Below, in pieces: positions 9,608 to 16,703 of a stretch of 16,703 nt of DNA. The DNA comes from an uncultured Nitrososphaeraceae archaeon (GTDB taxonomy: Archaea; Thermoproteota; Nitrososphaeria; Nitrososphaerales; Nitrososphaeraceae): positions 1 through 16,703 of the forward strand of contig CAWIMJ010000001.1 of the NCBI GenBank assembly GCA_963837175.1, given 5' to 3'. Every line of letters begins with the position of its first letter. Positions within the stretch are counted from its first letter, which is position 1. The notes under the pieces were generated by a model. That model was given only the letters and a program-made list of their open reading frames with translations. It was not told the DNA's origin and ran no database searches. Both the position numbers and the translations under genes were made by a program.

Positions 9608-10386
9608 CTATTCTTCTCCTTCAACTGGAGTATTCGATTGCTTTGTCGCTCCAGGTGGAGGCGGCGTTGTTAATACTTTTATAAAAGCTACAGGGTGAAT
9701 CTCTCCCCAGTTTCTTCCCCCAAATGAGTCTAAGACATATCTGCCAGTGATGGTTATATGTTGATTATAAGCAGGCGCTTTTATTCCACTATGATATGGT
9801 GGATTGTCTCCGGATTTGTAGCATGCATCGATGGCTGTTGTACGGGCTTTATCGATAGTGCCATGGCATATGATCTCGACTATTATGAAGTTACATACGG
9901 GTACTTTGACTTTACAGTTACTTGGCATTGATAATTTAGGTTGATTTGGATCTAATTCTAGGACAAAATGTTTATCGCCGTCAGCTTCGGCCTTTGGATC
10001 GTCATGGACTACCCCTGACACGGTTATACAAGCAATTTTTTGAGTAAGCCGACTGGGTGTGTATACATGAGTCCATAAGAAATCTACTTGATTCTTTTCA
10101 AAGGGAGTACATTGGCTGTTACCACTCTGTAAAGTAGTAGTAGTGGTAGTAGTAGTATTGTGTTGTGCAGTTATAATTGATGAAGCTTTACTGTTAGTAG
10201 ATTCATTCGGTATTAATTTAGGTTCTGTCCTACTAGCAGAGTAGTAGTAGCGTTATGCGATGAATCTCTACTACTACTGCTACTATTTGTTTTTACTGCA
10301 AAAGAAAATGTGCTAAATGGCAAACTAAATACAAGAATGAGTATAAGAGCAATAGCAATCATGATAATCCCATTTTGTGCTTTCAT
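9608..10386 (-). CDS. Secreted hypothetical protein with conserved-looking DGDxH and WxEIHPV motifs; one frameshift near 10240
   Basis: The ATG at 10386 gives the signal peptide MKAQNGIIMIAIALILILVFSLPFSTFSFA. After an S/T-rich linker the frame of ORF 9608-10021 reads CTPFEKNQVDFLWTHVYTPSRLTQKIACITVSGVV...EADGDKHF...IIVEIIC...TGRYVLD...WGEIHPV. Confidence 0.8.
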
Positions 10387-10483
10387 ATGCCTTTCTATAT
10401 GCCACCTTAAAATACAGTTATATATTAGTTATCGAATGAAAAACTGACCACATTATTCACAAATCATGTAATATATATGAATT

Positions 10484-10500
10484 CAAGGAACCTTATATAT
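10484..10500 (+). promoter_or_regulatory. Putative archaeal BRE/TATA promoter for the SnoaL-like gene (probably leaderless transcript)
   Basis: Purine-rich CAAGGAA followed by TTATATAT (10493-10500), ending 20 nt before the ATG at 10521. Confidence 0.5.
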
Positions 10501-10520
10501 CGCTCTGGTATTTAACAACT

Positions 10521-10973
10521 ATGGAGAAAGAACAACTGCAATCATCTACAAATACAGATACAAAACAAGAAGAAGAAGAAGAAGAAAAAAATGAAGCGTT
10601 AGCTCTTCGTTACCACAATGACATTTTTTCAAAAGGTAAACTAGAGGTAGCAGATGAAATTCTATCATCTGATTTTGTTTTACACAATCCAGTTCTTCCT
10701 GAAGAATTACGCAAAGGTCCAGAAGGAATAAAGAAATATGCATCTGCAATAATAGCAGCTGTACCAGATAGAAAACTTGTACATGACGATGTCTTTGCAA
10801 AAGGAGATAAGGTACTAATCAGATGGACAAATAGTGGAACAAATACAGGGCCATTGTTTGGTAATCCACCTACAGGCAAACCATATGTTGCAACAGGGTT
10901 TGATCTGTTTCGCATTTCAAATGGCAAAATCATGGAGATGTGGCAGCAATATAATTTTGCCAGCTGGTCATAA
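10521..10973 (+). CDS. SnoaL-like ester cyclase (NTF2-like fold)
   Basis: EKNEALALRY..DEILSSDFVLH..GPEGIK..AAVPD..VFAKGDKVLIRWTNSGTNTGPLFGNPPTGK..FRISNGKIMEMW. Confidence 0.93.
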   Translation: MEKEQLQSSTNTDTKQEEEEEEKNEALALRYHNDIFSKGKLEVADEILSSDFVLHNPVLPEELRKGPEGIKKYASAIIAAVPDRKLVHDDVFAKGDKVLIRWTNSGTNTGPLFGNPPTGKPYVATGFDLFRISNGKIMEMWQQYNFASWS

Positions 10974-11163
10974 ACAACTACTGACTCATAGATAAAGCTG
11001 AAAAATCTGATTCATAGGATAGGAATGAAAGAAGCATAAAAAAAGCAAGAGTAGAAGAATAGATAGATAGTACCTACCATCGCTTATTGTTAGTTTTTTT
11101 CTCTCTCTAGATAGTTGTGTCAGCAATTCATTCTTTCCAATTTTTGGATTAATAACAAAGCAA

Positions 11164-11234
11164 GATTAGACCAAGAAGAATTACCTGCAGCAGTAGTAGC
11201 TACAAAAAGTTCAGAATTTACGGGTTCGGTGGTA
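11164..11234 (+). repeat. Dispersed repeat copy 1, ending in ACGGGTTCGG
   Basis: 11164-11202 aligns without gaps to 14510-14548 (27/39 identical), followed by AATTTACGGGTTCGGTGG. Confidence 0.65.
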
Positions 11235-11326
11235 TCCGTTGTGCTAGCACTCCCTGATGAAATCTTCTCAATAATCAATCAAATTACTCGATGCTCAACT
11301 ACTAATTTGTTGAGAGTGGCGGATAA

Positions 11327-12451
11327 CTAAGATCTATGGTTGTATATAGAAGAAAAAGTGCTCCCATAGATAATGTCTTTTATTCTATCTGAAGCTAAGA
11401 AATCATGCGGAAATCCAAGATCTATCTTACTTGCCTCATTCAATCTTTGTAGTTGGTCTTTTGTTAATTCAAACTCCAGAGAAGCTAAATTCTCTCTAAT
11501 TTGAGATTCTTTTTTCGAGCCAATGATTGGAATTATTCTTCTATTTCTTCCTTTACCATCTTGTTGTTGTCTTATCCAATTAAGTGCAACCTGTGAAGGC
11601 ACTCGTACAATTTCCTTAGCTATTTTGCTAACCTCTTCAGCAATTATCATATCTCGGTCTTTGAACATAACATTAAGTGGATCACCTGACTTGGAACTAA
11701 TGACAATCATCCTTCCTTCTTCTTCTTTTGCATTATGATCTTCTTGTTTATCTTGAATCTGATGATTTCTTTGCTCTTTCTTTGTATTGCTATATTTTCC
11801 TGTTAATATACCACCACCCAAAGGAGACCATGCTGTGACTCCAATATCCAAAGCACTAGCCATAGGCAAAAGTTCACGCTCTGGGGTTCTCTCAATCAAG
11901 CTGTATTCAATCTGCAAACCCGTAAAAGGAGTCCATCCTTTCATCTCAGCTAAGGTATTCGCGTGAGAGACTATCCAAGCAGGTGCATCAGATATACCTA
12001 TGTATAGAATTTTACCTGCTCTTACCATATCATCTAAAGCACGCATCAATTCTTCAATTGGTGTCATAGGATCCCATGCATGCACCCAATACAAGTCTAT
12101 ATAATCTGTATTTAGTCTGTCTAAACTTGCATCTAAGGATTGAATAAGGCTCTTGCGATGATTTCCTCCTGCATTAGGATCTCCTCTTCTAATATTTGAT
12201 GTATACTTGGTGGCTAAAACGAATCTATTTCTGTCTGACCTGATGAATTCGCCAACATATTTTTCACTTGTGCCTTCAGTATATTTATTTGCAGTATCAA
12301 TAAAGTTTCCACCAGCATCAACATATGCATCAAAAATTAAGCGACTCTCTTCCTTAGATGCACCCCATCCCCATTCTTCTCCAAACGTCATCGCGCCAAG
12401 ACAAATCTCTGAAACTCTTAATCCACTCTTTCCTAATAGATAATATCTCAT
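11327..12451 (-). CDS. Aldo/keto reductase (aryl-alcohol dehydrogenase-like)
   Basis: LGKSGLRVSEICLGAMTFG, FIDTANKY (Asp, Tyr), LATKY (Lys), DYIDLYWVH (His), YIGISD, QIEYSL, WSPLGGG and IPIIGS motifs. Confidence 0.96.
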   Translation of the reverse strand: MRYYLLGKSGLRVSEICLGAMTFGEEWGWGASKEESRLIFDAYVDAGGNFIDTANKYTEGTSEKYVGEFIRSDRNRFVLATKYTSNIRRGDPNAGGNHRKSLIQSLDASLDRLNTDYIDLYWVHAWDPMTPIEELMRALDDMVRAGKILYIGISDAPAWIVSHANTLAEMKGWTPFTGLQIEYSLIERTPERELLPMASALDIGVTAWSPLGGGILTGKYSNTKKEQRNHQIQDKQEDHNAKEEEGRMIVISSKSGDPLNVMFKDRDMIIAEEVSKIAKEIVRVPSQVALNWIRQQQDGKGRNRRIIPIIGSKKESQIRENLASLEFELTKDQLQRLNEASKIDLGFPHDFLASDRIKDIIYGSTFSSIYNHRS

Positions 12452-12514
12452 CGCAATAATCTTGCATCTCTCAAAATAAAACTTTACTTACATCGCATGA
12501 AAGTGCTAACGGGT

Positions 12515-12900
12515 TCTGCTGCTTTTATTCATAATACTATTTGTCAAGTGTTTCTGTAGCCTGTATCATAAAGTCTGTTAGCTTCCTCTAATATAATTTT
12601 CGCATATAGTCCTTAATATGATAATACTGATGATTGTGTGGGCTGTGCATAGCTGTTGATGATGATGTATTACTGAATAGAAGGTTATTGATATTTATCA
12701 GGGTTTATTCTTATTGCTTCAATTACTGATGCAAGGGCGAATTGCTAGAAGTACTTTACCATCTGTCAGAACACTACTAACTTCAATAGTCTTTTCGATT
12801 TTAAGATATTCTTCTTTATTGTTCTTGAATCGGCTAATAACAGTTTCTAATCTTGATATGTCGTTATTGAGATGTTCTGACTCTTGCCACTTTAGACTAT
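12515..12900 (-). pseudogene. Fragment of a coiled-coil hypothetical protein (C-terminal part), multiple frameshifts
   Basis: Stitched translation KWQESEHLNNDISRLETVISRFKNNKEEYLKIEKTIEVSSVLTDGKVLL / FALASVIEAIRINPDKY / NLLFSNTSSST / IILEEANRLYD / KHLTNSIMNK. From memory it resembles an expanded Nitrososphaeraceae family; not verified by search. Confidence 0.65.
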
Positions 12901-13052
12901 GTATTATATGACATCTATTCCTTGTTGTTTTACTATCAACTTGAGACTAGTAGCTTAGTATCACAATAATTATATCTTTTTCAATAGCACAATCATGGTA
13001 CTTTATTTAGTCGGTAAGACTAGGATTACAAGTTGCTGAAATGGATTTCTAT

Positions 13053-14272
13053 CTATTTGTGTTTCCTTTTTCTTCTCAGATAATGAATAAAAAATGTTGA
13101 AAACGGTATCACTGTCGCATGGCGAGAATCACTATTGGGGTTCCGTATGTGACCCAAAAGGCCATAAATGTCTCATTAACAGTTAGTGGTGGTATTACAT
13201 TTATTGTTAAATTCGCCGGACCAGTTATATAGCCAATTGTTGGATATTTTTTGGATACTTGAAACTCTGGATCTACAAATCCAATTACTGTGTCATTAAA
13301 CATGGGCGATGTTGATGATGTTGTTTGTATTAACAATGAAGCCATAAACGGTACAGTATATAACCCGACTGGTGATTGTGGAGAAACCTCTACCTTAAAT
13401 AATGGAGGTCGAATTCTTTGGGTAGATACACTTACGCCGTTAGAACTAAAATCTGTGCCATTATCGAAAGTTATACTAGTAACATTATTAGAAAAGGGCG
13501 TGTCTATCTCAGCCGGAATTAGGTGCTTTTCTCCTTGTCTTATGACTATATTCTCCGGATGTGTTAATATGTCTATGGTAGCGGGAGGAACAGCAACCCA
13601 GCTTGTAAAATCTCTAACTTCACTTGAATTGAAGGATTCTGCTGTATAAAATGATAAGCCGTAATTGCTAGGAGAATTTATAGAATTTAAATCTAATCGC
13701 AGTTTAACATATCCTGGCCCTATTGTAGGACCACCAAAAGATTCTGTATAGTTTATCTTAGATTCTATAAGCGCATGAGTACCTGTTGATGATAATTGGT
13801 AAAGATACTCGCTCCATTTTCCATTAACTTCTTCAATATAAAAGTTGTAATTGACTCCGTTATATCCTGAATTTTGAGGCAAGCTAACAATGGCAATAAG
13901 CATACCATACCTAATCCTTTTGAGAGGTTGACTATATATAGAAGCATTTTCCAAATTTGATGCTAACCAAAATGTAGCATCTAGAGTTTTTCCATCACTA
14001 TGATAATCTACTGCCAGTAGGTTTGTATAGTCAGACCTTAAATGAGTACTGTCATTACCATTAGTTTGAACCCAATCATTTTTCTGATTACTGATTTCTT
14101 TATCAGAAATTAAAACTTGATCAAACGCAGGCGATGCAGCAAAAGCCTTATGAAAAAGTGAATAGGAGAATAATAGTAATAATAAAATAAAAATAATATC
14201 AATCAAAGCAAATGCTAAGAATAAGTATTTTTGTGACTGCAAATCCGTATTATGAAACCCTTTATATACCAA
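13053..14272 (-). CDS. Membrane-anchored extracellular hypothetical protein; frameshift in the C-terminal anchor near 13118
   Basis: N-terminal hydrophobic helix plus AFA cleavage-like motif and a beta-rich body. The ORF ends ...YGTPIVILAMRQ*, but the adjacent frame completes a TM helix and basic tail, ATVIPFSTFFIHYLRRKRKHK* (stop 13053-13055). Confidence 0.8.
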
Positions 14273-14509
14273 ATCATATCAGACATAAATAAGGTTTTTT
14301 GTCAATCTTTTGGTAGCAGTTAAAAGGCCAAGACTTTGAATAATCAATTGATCCTTAATGACCCATCAACCGCCGCAGGCTGTTAGTGTATGATTCAGCA
14401 ACATCTCCGTTATAATTATCATAAATCTCTGACTCTTTTATTCTGTAGGCAACACTTTGATCAAATAGGTTTGCAAATATAGATGATGACTGCGACAATG
14501 ATAATGTTG

Positions 14510-14576
14510 GATTGGATGTAGAAAAATAATTCGCAGTGATAGTAGCTATAGAAGTTAATTCACGGGTTCGGCGGGA
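14510..14576 (+). repeat. Dispersed repeat copy 2, ending in ACGGGTTCGG
   Basis: Homologous to 11164-11234; core AATTCACGGGTTCGGCGG. Confidence 0.65.
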
Positions 14577-14710
14577 TTAGTTCCCTGCATGTATAAGGGT
14601 TCTGTTACTTCATTATTTACTTTTTCTTCAATTTACAAAAAACAAAAGTATACACATTCAATCTTGGTATACAACTTCATTAATAGGACAATAAGATTTT
14701 ATTAAAATGA

Positions 14711-15172
14711 TTAATGTCTAGAAGTCAACAATTTTTCTTTGTTGTCAGATTTACAAAATGCATAAAGTGCATCATATACGTTGAATTGTTTTGTCATATT
14801 ATCGTAATCATCCTTTGAAATAATACTAAAACCACTAGCTAATGCAGCCAGAGCTTCAGAGTAAGGAGTTAGACTCCTATTAGGAGTATCTGCTCCTCTA
14901 ACAATCTTTGCTAATTCAAGCAGTGCAGGCTCTTCTTCTTTTTTATCCAATCCATATTTTTTTAAGATAGCATCAAAAGAGCATTCTTCACCATGATGAC
15001 CTAACTCAACATTTGGTACGTCAAAAGGTATGGCATTTTGTTCTTTGGATATTTCAATTACTTTATGTGCGGCTACAAAAAGAAATTCTGCATCCTTATC
15101 AATGAAATTTTTTATAAGCCAAGGACAGGCTATTCGATCTACTTTTGCATGTTCTCTTGTTATCCATTTCAT
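14711..15172 (-). CDS. chrB: Chromate resistance ChrB-domain protein (stand-alone C-terminal domain, ChrF-like size)
   Basis: MKWITRE..KVDRIACPWLIKNFIDKDAEFLFV..AIPFD..ELGH..CSFDAIL..LAKIVRGADT..YDALY is the ChrB C-terminal domain signature. Confidence 0.9.
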   Translation of the reverse strand: MKWITREHAKVDRIACPWLIKNFIDKDAEFLFVAAHKVIEISKEQNAIPFDVPNVELGHHGEECSFDAILKKYGLDKKEEEPALLELAKIVRGADTPNRSLTPYSEALAALASGFSIISKDDYDNMTKQFNVYDALYAFCKSDNKEKLLTSRH

Positions 15173-15369
15173 AATATATTATTATTATTTACAATATATT
15201 TTTTAAACTATAAATGTTTGAATGATAAGAGGGGTGACATTATTTAATTTATCGAGATTCGAGGAGACATGAGAATGAATGTTATAATGCAGCTCTAAGA
15301 TTGAGCCAAATTTGTATATGCTTTGACCAATAAAGGATTATGTTCATGCCATCTTTCTTCATTGCATTC

Positions 15370-15418
15370 TTTTTTGAGAAAACATACATATCATATTCTC
15401 TACTATTTTCTCAAAAAA
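15370..15418. repeat. 13-bp perfect inverted repeat with 23-nt spacer
   Basis: TTTTTTGAGAAAA (15370-15382) and TTTTCTCAAAAAA (15406-15418). Confidence 0.6.
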
Positions 15419-15785
15419 CTGTACAAACTGCTTTAATTAATTCAAACGGTCAACCATTTCCAGCTGAACCATTACTTATGGCATTTACTTTCACAACATA
15501 AAAAATGATTGACTGGTTAACAGCAATAATTTAAAGCATGAACCAGTTAGTAATAATAAAGAAGTAAGGCAATCCATGCAAGAACAAGAATTAGCTATAG
15601 AAAATAAAAGTGATTACATCATTAGAAAGAATGAAAGGATTCATTACATTGACAATTATTGGCAAGTGAGATGTACAACTGATTACATTGAATTTTCAAG
15701 CGACTAAATGATTTAGATGTTTCTTTGCAGATGTTCAATTTTCTCTAGTCCTTCTTTATTGTGTCTACTACAGTAATGAAAGACT

Positions 15786-15990
15786 CTACTGTAGATGATT
15801 CTCTTTGTTTAATAGTATCTCTTGGCGTCTAGTTTCTTCCCTCTCACGTGGAGATTCACCACCATATAAACCGCCATGGGATGTCTTTTCCAAGTGCTGC
15901 CTTTCTCTCTCCATTAGTAGCGAATCTTGCTCCGCATACAAAGCACTGAAAATCAGAAGGAATTTTTGGATAATCTGATCTCTCGTTCAA
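15786..15990 (-). CDS. Small C2H2 zinc-finger protein (~67 aa); one frameshift near 15900
   Basis: TTG start, MNERSDYPKIPSDFQCFVCGARFATNGERK, then with one base removed QHLEKTSHGGLYGGESPREREETRRQEILLNKENHLQ*. This gives F-x-C-x2-C-x3-F-x8-H-x5-H. Not in the ORF track. Confidence 0.7.
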
Positions 15991-16220
15991 ATCCTGTCCT
16001 TCCTTAGTTGACACTTTATTTACTTAGACAACTTAGTTTTTATGAGTTGTCTCTGGCAGGCATAAAACCTTCACTATTATCTATCGTAAAGTCCATCATT
16101 TACATTAATAACCATTAATAACTTGGTTTAGTAGAGCCTCAAACCTTCTTAGATGATAAACGATATTATTATATTAGTGCAATATTATGAGTGATAAAGA
16201 AGAAATACAAAGATAGAACC

Positions 16221-16523
16221 TAGATACAGAAGAAGCCAAAGATTTGTTTGCTGGTATTCCTCCTAATGCTATGAAGCAGCAAAATGACACTGCATAAGAC
16301 CAACTGGCGTGGCATTTGTGATGAGCTTACAAAAATATCCAATACTACTTTGATCATAACTGGAACCCATGATAATAATGTACCATCTGCTAATTCTTTG
16401 ATTATTGCAGGAAAAATCCTTGGAGCTTGGATTATACAGATTAAAGATGCTGGTCATGCATTATTCGTGCAATATCCAGATAAAGTCAATAGAGTATTAC
16501 AAACATTTCTTTCAATAACTTAG
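16221..16523 (+). pseudogene. C-terminal remnant of an alpha/beta hydrolase
   Basis: EAKDLFAGIPPNAMKQQND then, after a shift, LTKISNTTLIITGTHDNNVP...IKDAGHALFVQYPDKVNRVLQTFL. The acid and His motifs are present; the GxSxG region is absent upstream. Confidence 0.8.
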
Positions 16524-16684
16524 TTTATTATTCAGCTCAATGTGAATCAAAATGTAATTGATTTGGTAATGGTTGTGATTGTTTGTTTGTTATACTGATC
16601 TATACTATATCTATTTTAACTATTGTGACAGATACTTTTCTTTAAAAGACAAAAACAACACCAGATTAGACTCTTATCTCATAC

Positions 16685-16703
16685 AAAATTCTACGGGTTC
16701 GGT
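16685..16703 (+). repeat. Dispersed motif copy 3 (ACGGGTTCGG) at the window end
   Basis: AAAATTCTACGGGTTCGGT; core at 16693-16702. Confidence 0.55.

Noticed and set aside
10546-13947. ORFs 10546-10800, 10610-10933, 11115-11330, 11523-11738, 12207-12443, 12714-12911, 13290-13649 and 13765-13947
   Set aside because: Antisense or alternate-frame shadows of better-supported genes, or ORFs running through the dispersed repeat.
15038-16457. ORFs 15038-15247 (+) and 16269-16457 (-)
   Set aside because: Antisense to the ChrB-domain gene and the hydrolase remnant respectively.
11220-16702. ACGGGTTCG motifs as tRNA T-arms, CRISPR repeats or integron attC sites
   Set aside because: No GTTCRA loop or cloverleaf, irregular kb-scale spacing with no cas genes, and no paired RYYYAAC/GTTRRRY hairpin.

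Overview
AT-rich accessory region that most likely comes from a soil ammonia-oxidising archaeon (Nitrososphaeraceae). This is inferred from the lineage-typical hypothetical proteins, poly-Thr/Ser/Glu tracts and short TATA-to-ATG spacing; no marker gene is present. Clearly intact elements are an IS630 insertion sequence (6222-7371, with TIRs, TA duplication and a -1 frameshift), a SnoaL-like ester cyclase, an aldo/keto reductase and a stand-alone ChrB-domain protein. About ten other genes can be rebuilt only by correcting small indels. These include a ~730-aa fusion of an 8-TM sensor-like domain with a periplasmic-binding (Venus flytrap) domain, a FUN14 protein, a C2H2 zinc-finger protein, two secreted/anchored proteins and two alpha/beta-hydrolase remnants. 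The indels could be read-level errors or real decay. Non-coding signals include a tRNA-Gly-like 3' fragment (possible att scar), a second weaker tRNA-like fragment, a recurrent ACGGGTTC(G/T)G motif at gene junctions and several palindromes. I see no complete novel multi-gene system. The best leads are the output-less membrane sensor/binding-protein fusion and the junction motif.
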